A stretch of 62,479 nucleotides of DNA, filler included, from Sphacelaria rigidula (taxonomy: Eukaryota), in the NCBI GenBank assembly GCA_964200075.2. It is 10 parts of 10 records of this genome, joined end to end, with 100 filler letters (N's around TTAATTAATTAA, not from the genome) between each part and the next. Parts side by side here need not be neighbours in the genome. Positions count along the whole stretch, not along the records: positions 1 to 6,158 come from CAXNAA020021868.1; positions 6,259 to 12,416 come from CAXNAA020021869.1; 8 more parts are not named here. One strand, 5' to 3'. A program made the translations under genes and the position numbers. The notes below the pieces were generated by a model. It did not search any database. It worked only from the letters and a program-made list of their open reading frames with translations, and was not told where the DNA came from. Of this stretch, positions 1 to 10,605 are shown piece after piece. Position 1 is the stretch's first letter; each line of letters opens with the position of its first letter.

Positions 1-80
1 TTCGAGACGGAGCACCGTCCCTACTCCTATTAGAGACACTTCCAACATCCAGGCGCTCATTACGTTTCTTCCATACATTA
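1..80 (-). mobile_element. 3' fragment of the APE-type LINE (same family as 25400-28681)
   Basis: Reverse complement matches 28045-28120 (AAACGTAATGAGC..TGTTGGAAGT..GGAGTAGG.ACGGTGCTCCGTCTCGAA). Confidence 0.8.
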
Positions 81-434
81 CACGAAAAAAAGTTTTTTTT
101 AGGGGTGGGCATATTTTGTAGTCATGGTACATTTGACACGGTTACTTGTTCCCAAACAGGGAATATCACCGTCACGCGTCTTGGACACTTCATATCCCCT
201 CCCTGAGGGGAGTTGCAGCCCACTTCTCCGATTCGCTCGGTTGTGAGGTTTCTAGAATGGCCTCCGAACAAAAATACAGCTGGGAATGAAAAATTACGGT
301 GTCTGAGAGTTTCTTGTGGTGAACATTTGTTGTTGGGCGGGCCAACGGCCATCGTTTTCGCTTCCACAGCAATCTGTGCTTCTTTTGTCTGCAATTCCAC
401 CGCCCGTGCTGCTCGTACACGTGCGGGCATATTT

Positions 435-1713
435 CGAGGGCAGGTCGGGTAGGGTATTTTTTAAAAGTCATACTCTCAGCACCCAAACTTTGGGAAGAGT
501 AGTTGAGATCGTACCCAACCTACCCAGATTTTGGGTAGAGTATTCGACGTCATGCTCAATCTACCCGAGTTTTGGGTATTGAGGTCATACCTAAGTGATT
601 CTCTGTACTCAGGTATTACTGAGACGACTCACCCAATATCGGGTAGAGTATTTGAGGCCGTACTCGATCTACCCAAATTTTGAGGAGTATAAAAGTCGTA
701 CCCAATCTATACCCAAAATTTGGGTCGAGTATTTGAGGCTATACCCAATCTACCCAAAATTGGGTAAAGTATCTGAGGCCGCATCCAATATATCAAAATC
801 TTGGGTGTAATTTGAGGATTCAAGTTCGTACACAAGATGCCCAAACCGCCTGTACAACACGGACCACCGGGGCCTGTTTTGGGGTCAGGTCCGTCACTCC
901 TGACCCCGTCGCGCCTTTTTCTGTTGTTTTCCCTCGCGATTGTTGCGGTGATCCATATCTGCCACCGTTTCCACCGCTGCGTCCCCCGTAGAGGAGTCAG
1001 ACGTGCGGCCCGTAAAGTCGCTCATTTTTACAACACCTACCCGACTACCCGCCTACTCGATTACCCAATGATGATGAGTAGCGCTTTGTCCTGAAACTGA
1101 TATCGAAGAGGATGCGACGTATGAAGTATAGGTATGAGTATGTACTGCCGGGGGTTGGGCAGGTAGGTTCATGCACTTGCACGTTTTTTTTGTTTTTTGC
1201 TGGCCACAGTTCGCTCATAGTCATTACAGTCCGTGACGTGACGTCACTCATCTCATTGATGGCCACAATTCACCCACATCTTCGACATAGTTTGTGAAGT
1301 GACGTCACGAAGTCGCCAACGGTCACGATTTCTCATCATACCCAAGTGATACTCTATACCTGAGTATTACTGCCATGACTTACCCAATATTGGGTAGAGT
1401 ATTGAGGTCATACCCAAGTGATACTCTATACTCGAGTTTTACTGATATGATGGGTAGAGTATTTGAGGTCTTATTCAATCTACCCAAATTTTGGGTACAG
1501 TACTTGAGGTCATACTCAATCTACCCAAAACTTGGGAAGAGTATTGAGGTCATACACAAGTCACACTCTGTACCCAGGTATGGCTAAGAGTGCTTACCCA
1601 ACGGGGTAGAGTATTGAGGCCGTACCAAATCTACCCAAACGTTGGGGTAGAGTAAATACCCGAGTATTCTACCCGATTATTCAAAAGTATATACCCTGCC
1701 CGACCTGCCCTTG
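435..1713. mobile_element. Non-autonomous hAT-like DNA transposon with subterminal tandem repeats
   Basis: 23-bp TIRs CGAGGGCAGGTCGGGTAGGGTAT (435-457) and ATACCCTGCCCGACCTGCCCTTG (1691-1713). 8-bp TSD GCATATTT/GCAGATTT. Many ~40-bp units containing TACCCAA..TTGGGTAGAGTA at both ends. Confidence 0.8.
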
Positions 1714-4399
1714 GCAGATTTCTTGTAACAAACGAGGCTCCGCTCTTGAGAAATCTTCGAAAACACCAACTTGCTTATTCCATCGATTGAAAAGCCATGT
1801 CACAAGTAACTTGGATTAAGGAATCCATATCCACCGTGGACATGCAGGTCACGGAACAATCGAGGGTCAGGGCGCAGGGCGGTGCTGACGCACAGGGATA
1901 CGCTAGAAAGGCACGAATCGAACGATTTTACTCGGTTTTCGCACAGATATCGCGCACAGGAGTACAATGAACCCGGGAAAGCCCAACTATCGGGCGTGAG
2001 CTTGCGTGCTACCGCAAGGGACCTGGGGCACTCATCGAGCTGCCACGGTTTGTCGCAGTGCTTGTATATCGCGGTACATCATCGACGTTTCACTGTTGTG
2101 CATGGCGCCGTGGCTGTGCGCGTGTAGACAATAAAATATTTTCTCATCAATTCGGTACGAAGCACAGGGGGAGTACCCCTCTGTGATTCATCCAGCATCG
2201 CACCTATCGGAGTTATCGCATAGGGGGATGCGCTTGAATAGCAAACCCATGACCTTCGCTTTCCGCAAAGGAGTCGGAGCGAACGCACAGTCCGGAGAGA
2301 ACGCACAGGGGTGCGTAACAACGGCAAGAACTAAACGATTTTCAAAAAGTGCGCACAGTGGTACCCTGACCCGTGTCCTTATGGTGCGTTGTGGACTCCC
2401 CCGTACGAAGTCAATGTCAACTTTATTTCAATATCGAACCGCATCAAGCCGGGAGCAAATCAAACAGCTGGAACTATACTCTCGAAGAGGCACGAAATCA
2501 ATGGTATTGATAGCTGCTGCGACTGCAACCCCCCATTTCACCACTAGTGCCAGAAACACAGGCCGCGACAGCCATTTTTCAGCTTTTCATCTCTCGGTTA
2601 GAAACGACACTGGTGCTTTTATCCTCGACGAAGGTTTGCCGGGCTCTTTCTTACCACCAGCACTTGCTCTTCCCATCTTCACAACATTGCCTCGTGCGTT
2701 ACACACAGCTCCAGACAGGCCTCCACATCTTGTCGGGGGAAAATATTGGCGGCAATTTTTTGTGTTTTATCGCCATGTGTGCCTCATGCTTTCTACAGCT
2801 TCGTCACGTAATACAAGCCCCGTTTCAAGGGGGCCCGTATATTATTATACGGGTACCATGGACGTCCCCCCTCCGTCCCTCCTCTTCTCCAATTGTTTTT
2901 ATTTTATTTTATTTTGGGGGGGGGGGGGGTTATACAAAGTACTTAGCTTCAAGGACTGCGGCAGCCCTGACTAAATGCTTAGCACTTGACAAATCCTAAA
3001 CACGGATGGTCCGGTAAGATGCCTATTATAGCGACTATGGCTTGGCGTCCACTGTATCGGCGCACTTGCTGCACCAAAGATGGCTGTCGAGGTGTCGGTT
3101 AAGCCGGGCGAGACGAGTTATCGAGAGGTGAGGAGATTAGCGAACGGAGAGTATCATTGTGACTTTTATTATTTTTACTTACATCTTTGGCGATGCTGGC
3201 CACGGTAGGGCCCCCCGGTTTGTTCCACCGCTCTAGTTTGCAGATAAGATTCGCCAGTCGCAACTTCTGCGTTATAGAAATCTGCTTCACCTGCGAACAC
3301 AAAACATAGCGATACACTGAGTGGAGTATAACCTCTCATATGCGATGCAAGATCAGTGGAGAGTACTGTTATCCCCGAGGGGGAAGACCCTCGGGACCAG
3401 ACAAAACAATAAAAAGAAACGCGTGGGGGTAACGAAGAACAATCAAGACATCAGAGCCTGGTCGGAGCTGTGTCGAACCTCTGCTGAACAGAACACACTC
3501 TCCGTCCCAAGTTACCAAGTTTGAGTATGCAACAGTCGTAATTTTTTCGTCGCGTTTTTCTCGAGACAGGAAGCACACCAGCCTGTGGCACTTCACAGCC
3601 CCCCGCACACACACTAGACCTAGTTAGTGTCGCAGCGGAGTTGCTCAATTCGCCACAGCGGATCCGAAAAGCCCCAGAACGTCAAAGGGAACGCATTTTT
3701 TTTTAGCGCATGTTGTGTTAGGTACAGCGGTTTGCAAAGTGCCGCGGCCTCTGCGGCACGCGTTACGGAAATCCCGCAGCCACACTGACTAGTTCTGGTG
3801 CGTGTGGGAAGCGCACGCATCAAACCGCAGTCCAATCTTCTGCTTCGTTGCTGAGAACACTGCGTTGAAAGATGGGCACAGCAAAATACTGCAACAAGAG
3901 GGGCACAACAACAACACGAGCAGCAGCTTGTTTCCTCCTGCTGTTGTAACCCTGTGTACAGGTGTACAGCAACGTCAGTCACAGGCTTGTACAGCAACGT
4001 CGGTCACAGGCTTGTTGTAGAATGTACTACAGTAATACAGTAGTACATTTTGTATGAGCATCGCCGTCATACCGAGTGACGCGTGTACTCGTGATTGATA
4101 CTGATTGGCTCATTCAGGTTCCATTTCTTCTGTATTTAACCAACAGTATAGTTGGTCGGTCCATTTTCACGATATAAAGTGCCCAAAATCGGGCCTAATC
4201 CACTGGCACAGCTGTATCACGGTAGTGAAATGGATGGCCTTTGCGAGGAAACAAACGCGGGCGACATTTTCACACACAGATTCGCTCGTTTATCAGGATG
4301 TTCGGGCTGATGGAACACAGCCGTACACATGTGAAAAGTATGACAATATCAAGAGTCGCATATCAGGTCGCGGAGGATGACAAAATGGCGTCAAGTGTA

Positions 4400-4661
4400 C
4401 TCACGTCGGACGGCTCATGAGGTACTGTACCTAAAATAACTAATCGAAGAGAACTTTCAGATCCCTTGTTCAAGAACACAAAACACGTGACAGCCGGGTC
4501 AGAGAAGTCAAATCGCAACCTTGGCGCTATTCCGGGTGCTCGGCGTCCAGCGTTGTAAGGAGGAAATACGGGAAAAGCGGAGAAGTGGGCTAGCCCACTA
4601 TCCGGACCGGTACGCTAATAAAACCTAATATTTGGGTAGGCCATGACCTCTCCGACTTGAG
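4400..4661. mobile_element. MITE, CACGTCGGAC-GCTCATG TIR family (other copies at 41048-41305 and 60580-61043)
   Basis: Degenerate TIR CTCACGTCGGACGGCTCATG / CATGACCTCTCCGACTTGAG. Interior matches the reverse complement of the 41048 copy. Confidence 0.65.
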
Positions 4662-6158
4662 CAAGTTCAGGAAGTGGCCATATTCGCTACTTTGTTTTGG
4701 CTCCCAAGTGTTCGCTTGCGCACGACAACGTGATATACTTGTTCGTACATTGAGTAAAGGAAGTGTATCATGTTGTCCTCTACTCTTCTTTTTTTTTTTC
4801 TTTTTTTTTAATTCAATTTCATTGGCTTTTTTATGCCGTTCCTCTTTTCTTACGCAAACTCAGTTCGTTTTTGCCTTCCTTTAAACTTCCTCCCATACCT
4901 CCAGCTTCATTCCGCTCGTGTTTCCCCGTTTGTTTACCTTGGGTATCGTACATCCACTTGTGGATAATGACCGTGGCCGGACTCATCTGGGATTTTTTAA
5001 CGTGCGACAACCAGTCAAACTCGTCGACATGACGTATGCGAAAAACTATCATACCAAACTCCTGCGAAAAAAACACGGTCAAGACAAGAACGTAGCGGTC
5101 TCTTTCCTGCGGCATATTTCCTTGTTACATCAGGCTGGACTACACTTTCCCTCTTTTTTTTCTTCTCACTTCCAACCCCTCCCCCTTCCACCTCGGGACG
5201 AATCCCTGGTCTCCAGAGATCAATCAACCCCTCCCTCCCCCGAAACGCATCGCGAAGTACATTTTGGTGCATATCACCGATTGGATCATGACTATCAGCG
5301 AACCCGTAACACACCGCGTCGACTGCCATCTACCAAACTCGGCCAAACAGACTCTATGTTTTCGCTACTGACGTAAGTCCCCACGCTTCCAACGACGGAT
5401 TTTCTGAGGGGAAAAGTGAAAACTAGACGCATCAGGCGGGAATTACACACGCATTTTCCCGCCAGACCACCGAGTCGCGGCGCCAGGCACCCATGACTCA
5501 CAACCTGAACCTGCCAACCAGAGTGTCAAGCCTCACACGAGACAAAATTAGCACGCCAGTGTCAGCGTGGCGAGCAATATTCCTTTTATTGAAATCACAA
5601 AAACCAAGCTTGGGAATGAACACATGCAAACATCGGACAGCTTGCCTCATAACGTTTTGTAGTGGCTGCTGCTGCTGCGTTCAGCAGTCGTGCACGCTGA
5701 GACAGCTCGGTTCTTCGACGAATCACCCAAAGGCGTTCATGGCCACCGACGTCCAAAAAAACATTTCACCGGAGGTGGAGGTGGGCACCGAGTGCGCGTG
5801 ACTTCACCTGCATCGTACTCCTCGATCTTTCACATACTATAATTCCGAGATGTTTCGAGCTTATTGCTGCATGTACTGCACTCCCCCGCACACACACACT
5901 CACACCCGCCCTTCCCCTACCCTCCAGGAGCATTTGGTACCATACAATGCGTGCGTACCCGCTGTCGAAGAGTAACTCAGGAAGGTCGGTCTATTCCGGT
6001 GGCCACCCACCCACTTGAGCAAAGGCAAGCGTGAGACAAGTTCAATCAATCAAGAGACAGATTCGTTGAGAAAAAAAAAAAAAACGTACAGAACGGGAAC
6101 AAAGGCAAAAAAAAACCAAAAAAGGGGGGCGAACAGAGCCGGGGACAGGGGGGGAGGG

Positions 6159-6258
6159 NNNNNNNNNNNNNNNNNNNNNNNNNNNNNNNNNNNNNNNNNN
6201 NNTTAATTAATTAANNNNNNNNNNNNNNNNNNNNNNNNNNNNNNNNNNNNNNNNNNNN
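6159..6258. other. Artificial contig-joining linker (N44-TTAATTAATTAA-N44). Identical linkers at 12417-12516, 18675-18774, 24933-25032, 31191-31290, 37449-37548, 43707-43806, 49965-50064 and 56223-56322
   Basis: 100-bp blocks with a six-frame stop 12-mer, recurring with an exact 6258-bp period. Confidence 0.98.
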
Positions 6259-6395
6259 GTGTTCGGCGAGTCGCATGAAGGGTGAGCTGCATCCTGCTAC
6301 CAAGACTATTCGGCCCGGAGCCTACTGATTATCTTGCATTTGGATGACAGCGATCAATGAGTTGCTTTATTTTCTGGTATCGCCACTTCCAGACC
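6259..6395 (+). repeat. High-copy interspersed repeat 'A' (fragment)
   Basis: GTGTTCGGCGAGTCGCATGAAGGGTGAGCTGCATC... also at 7285-7765, 18230-18674 (-), 25033-25180, 43807-43868 and 45030-45180 (-). Confidence 0.85.
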
Positions 6396-6896
6396 TGGAG
6401 GGCGGGGTGGCTAACTTAGAAAGCGTCATCATCACGTGATTTTTAGGCCAATAACGTCAAGTTTGACACGATGTCACCGTGTTTGATTTTTCATGGGTAC
6501 GTCATGTGCCCGTCAGTGCATTTCACACTCTGGACAAAGTCAGTAGTGGCCGCAAAAACTATATCCGCCCAGGCGCAGGGGAAATAAGAATGTGTCCCGA
6601 ATCTTTATCGGTCTTGTACTACCAACATAAATGGTACAGATACCCACGGGCCCTGAGGCAGATTTTTCATTCGAGTACCTTTCGGCACAGTGTACGCGTA
6701 GTGCTCAACGTACTGCAAAAGCGGGCATAGATGAGCACAGCCTTAGGTGTGATGAGGCAACGGTATCACACCGACCGCACCACTGCCGCGAAATGCAAGC
6801 CTGCCTTCCAACCCACCTACAAGTGAATGACTGTCCTGCGTTCATCTTCGAAATGTGCCGCCTCCTCTCCCACCGTATTTGGTATATACAGACAGG

Positions 6897-7046
6897 GAGT
6901 GTATGTGTGTGCGTTGTAATCCCATTTATTCTGGACGCCGATCTACACCATTCGGTATACATGGGCGCACCAGCCGGGGTCACACAGGAGGAAGGCCAGC
7001 ACATGACTTTTCTTGTTCGTTGTTTTGGTACTCCACCTTCCTTCTG
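6897..7046 (-). mobile_element. 5'-truncated SINE copy (family of 8895-9243)
   Basis: CCCATTTATTCTGGACGCC..CAGCCGGGGTCACACAGGAGGAAGGCC is the reverse complement of the SINE body, next to the (CA)n tail. Confidence 0.8.
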
Positions 7047-7284
7047 AGTCAGTGCGGTGTACAAAAATATTCCTGCACAGAAATTTCAGACAGTAAAGTA
7101 CAGTAGTATTTTTGTACACCGCAGTACGAGGGAAGAGGAGACCAATAACCTTCTCCTCGACCTTTGCGAAGACGGTTATTGGTCTCCGATCGGATCACCT
7201 GAATTCCTCAAACAAATTTCTTCATCCAGGACCCCAACATTTCGGTTATCAAAATCCACATATGTAGGGCGTGTAGCAGTTGTC

Positions 7285-7765
7285 AAAAAACGCAAGCGCG
7301 CGAAAACAAAAGATAGCCTGGTTGCCTAGCTAACGCAGTGAGTGGCGTGTTTTTATAGCGTCATCGCCAACCGAAGCCAACCCCGTCGGGGGTCCGCCCC
7401 TACAAAGCGGGGACGAAGCACGCCGGGTTCTCGCCGGACCAAGCATGGGGGGGGTGTACTCATGATCATGCATGCCATAGTCATGAGACCATTGACCTCG
7501 CATCCCTAACAATACCGGGACGGCGCACGCCGGGTTTTCGCCGGACCAGGCTTGCACTGAAACCACCAAGCGCGAAGCGCCATGGTGTGTTCGGCGAGTC
7601 GCACGAACGGTGAGCTGCATCCTGCTAAAGATTGTTCGGCCCGCAGCCTACTGACTATCTCGCGTTTGGATGACAGCCAACAATGAGTTGCTTTTTTCTG
7701 TGGTATCGCCACTTCCAGAGACAACCACAGCTTTTACACTGCCTCATGGGTGTCTGACCAGGGAT
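7285..7765 (+). repeat. Repeat 'A', longest copy, interrupted by a short LINE-tail insertion (7445-7516)
   Basis: Matches other copies. A ~35-bp direct repeat GGGACG..GCACGCCGGGTT.TCGCCGGACCA.GC flanks the insert. Confidence 0.8.
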
Positions 7766-8130
7766 GGGGGGGGATGGGGGAATTCGGACCACTTCTTGCA
7801 CAAAAATTGGAGTCAAATAGTTGTTGAAAGCAGCAACGGTTGTTCGAAAGAGCTTGTCACAGATATATAACGCTCATTCATACTGCTTGACACCGTTTTA
7901 AACCAGATACAAGCGCACCGCGAGTGTGGCAGGTCGTCTGACACACCTATGCGCCTCCTTTCTCGTGCAATCAAATACCCCCCTCTATCGTAGGATGACT
8001 CTCAAACAAAAACAATTTGGTTGTGACTGTTCGGCGTAAGATATCATTCTTTGCAGAGAGCAGGGTGCACCCTCCTTGTTTGTTGACAAAAAAACGGTAC
8101 TCGCCCAGGCTGTTTTTTTTCGCGTCGTCG

Positions 8131-8238
8131 TTAATTCCTTGACCACGAGGGTACGTCACCTGCTGAATCGGCATCAATTTCACTTGAAAAAGTTTGCGTG
8201 ATCTAAGTGGACTACCCGCATCGCGATCTAAGGGTTAA
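8131..8238. mobile_element. Miniature TTAA-flanked (piggyBac-like) element; related copy at ~10931-11040
   Basis: TTAA...AGGGTTAA ends. The core GGCATCAATTTCACTTGAAA and the TGGACTACCC motif are shared between the two copies. Confidence 0.5.
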
Positions 8239-8894
8239 GCCTAGTACTGTGTGTGGAAAAAAAGGATGGTCGGGCGTGCTGCCCAGACACGCTAGGCGTG
8301 GGGCTGAGGCGCTGACCCGTGTTTCCGAGGTGTTCAGCCCGCGTGCAGCGCCGTGCCCCAAACCGAAAATGCGTTACCCTTTATTGTTCCAAAAACATCA
8401 GGGTGTACCCTTTTTTGGGTCTTGCCTTTTTTATTTCATCCTTCGTCCAGAATGAAACGCTTCATTTTCGTCCCTCTGCAAATTTTGGACAGGCCAAAAT
8501 ATTGTCCTATTATTCTGCGAAGTCGGACATAATTGCCCCCCACTGGGCAATCGGGCAGGGCGTACCCCATGGTGCCTGTCAGTGTATGATAGTTGGTAAA
8601 TGTGTGGCTCGTGACACTCTCAGCTATACCGAGAGCAGAAAACGGCGCGGATCTGTTGCAATAACCGCCCCCTCAAACGACGATGGAGGGCATATCACCA
8701 GGTCAGGAAACCTGGCTGTAAAGCGTTTATATATAGAGCACACCCTGGGCAATAAATTGCACGGTTTACCTTGGGTGTACCATTACAAAACTACATGGGC
8801 AAAACGTGTACAGACACTGCACGCAGTACATTGTTTGCAGCCGTAACGTGTTGCTCAGGCTGTGCTTTATTTGAAGAGAGTGTACAAAACCAGT

Positions 8895-9243
8895 GGCCTC
8901 GGTGGCTCAGATGTAACCTCGAAACCTTCCGACGGTTAGGTCGTGGGTTCGTATCTCGGAGCGGTCTGAGATTTTTTCCCACACCATGCCCAACAGTGGA
9001 GAGCGACCATGTCGTGGGTACACAAAATTCGACTTGATGGTCAACGAGGGAAAGGGACCGCTGAACCGCTCTCGCGGTAAAAAATAAAGGCAAGCACCTC
9101 GGAAGGAAGGTGGAGAATTGAAAAAGATAAAGAAAACAACTCCTGTGTTGGCCTTCCTCCTGTGTGACCCCGGCTGGTGCGCCCACACATGCCGAAAGGT
9201 GTAGACCGGCGTGCAGAATAGATGGGGCGGCAACACACACACA
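8895..9243 (+). mobile_element. Full-length tRNA-derived SINE
   Basis: Head has Pol III A-box-like GGTGGCTCAGATG and B-box GGTTCGTATC, then a unique body and a (CA)n tail. Three truncated copies occur in the window. Confidence 0.8.
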
Positions 9244-10166
9244 AGCTAACGGCTGCCGTTGTCGTTGCGGTCGTGACCTCAGGAGTTGCTTAAAGCTGTA
9301 GCCACAAAAGTGGTCGGCAACTTGATTTTTAGCCGCATTTCTCTAGAAGCGCTTTGTGGGTCTAAGACCAATCGCTGCTGTTGTGATACACTGCCGCCCT
9401 ACGAGTGTGCGCGTGTGTGTACAGCAGCCGTCACTACACACGCCGCAGCACCTTTAAGTGACGGCACGCCCTGACTTGCATACGCACGCACGTACGCACA
9501 CACACACGTACAGCGGCAGTATATCACCATCCACAGCGTATCAGCATCCGCAGCATTGGTCGGCAACGTTGTCTGTGGCCGCGCGTCTCTAGAAGCCTTT
9601 GGGGGTCTAAAACTCAACTGTTGCTACTTTGACAACTCTTTTCGACACAGCAGCGCTTGTGGAAAAACTATACCCTGCAATTTTGAAATTTTCAAGATCT
9701 CCAGACTGGGCACAGCGTTAAACTGAAGGAAGTCGACCCCTTTCTCTATTCGTACTGGCCAGAAACATTAACGCTCAGACAGCGAGCGCCGCCTTGGAAC
9801 AGTTTCACAGGCTGACAGTCCGCAGACATTCGGGGGTTCCCAGTGGCCAAGGGGTGTGGTTTTTGAGGGGGGGGTGTCTGTCCGCAGAGGAGCCGAAAAG
9901 CGCACCAAGTCAACAATGTGTGTTTGGAAGCTTCCCGTGGACAATCTTGAGCCGTGCACGAGGCCCGAGAGATGCGGGATGCCCATTCAGACCAATCACG
10001 GTCGTCAAAATGATCACGTTCTTGCGGTTCGGGTGGACTACATTGAACTACTTCGCTGTCTACCCCCACGACTCATTTTCGTCGTGGGAAATCAACCATA
10101 GATTACATGGGCACGAATAACTTGGTTTGCATTCCGCTCGTCGTGTTCTACGCCGCCTGCCTGAAA

Positions 10167-10605
10167 CAGCCAATCATCGAGATTGAGAATGGAGCTTTTC
10201 ATTGAGGATGAGAACCCGGAGGATTAAAATCTTCGTATCCACACCAAATCTTCGAAAATTTGTTCCATTTCTTCACTTACTGGTAGCTATTTACAACTGC
10301 TACACGCCCTACAATTTTGGACTTCAATCGCCGAAATGTTGGGGTCCTAGATGAAGAAACAATTTCGAAGAACCTAGGTGATCCGATCGGATCGCCGGAA
10401 TTCCCAAAATTGGTTCTTCACCTAGGATCCCAACATTTCGGTTACATAAATCCAAATTTGTATGCGGTGGGGTACTTGTTAATAGCTCCCAGTGGGTGAA
10501 GGAATGGAGCCATATTTCGAGGATTTGGTGTGGATACAAATATTTTACTCCTCGGGGTTCTCATCCTCAATGAAAAGCTGCATCCTCAATTTCGATGATC
10601 GGCTG
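10167..10605. mobile_element. Fully palindromic (foldback) MITE; half copy at ~7186-7283
   Basis: CAGCCAATCATCGAGATTGAG...CTCAATTTCGATGATCGGCTG. The arms pair, with mismatches, right up to the centre GATCCGATCGGATC (10380-10393). Confidence 0.85.

Noticed and set aside
470..1680. CRISPR-like array of palindromic repeats
   Set aside because: Units are contiguous and degenerate with no unique spacers, lie inside TIRs with an 8-bp TSD, and the DNA is eukaryotic with no cas genes.
2183..2974. 263-aa ORF
   Set aside because: No motif or domain, runs through a G homopolymer and low-complexity sequence; likely spurious.
6203..6214. Periodic TTAATTAATTAA as a biological motif
   Set aside because: It is embedded in N runs with an exact period; it is an assembly linker.
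8895..8968. Functional tRNA gene
   Set aside because: A/B boxes are present, but I cannot fold a proper cloverleaf and the sequence continues into a repeated SINE body.
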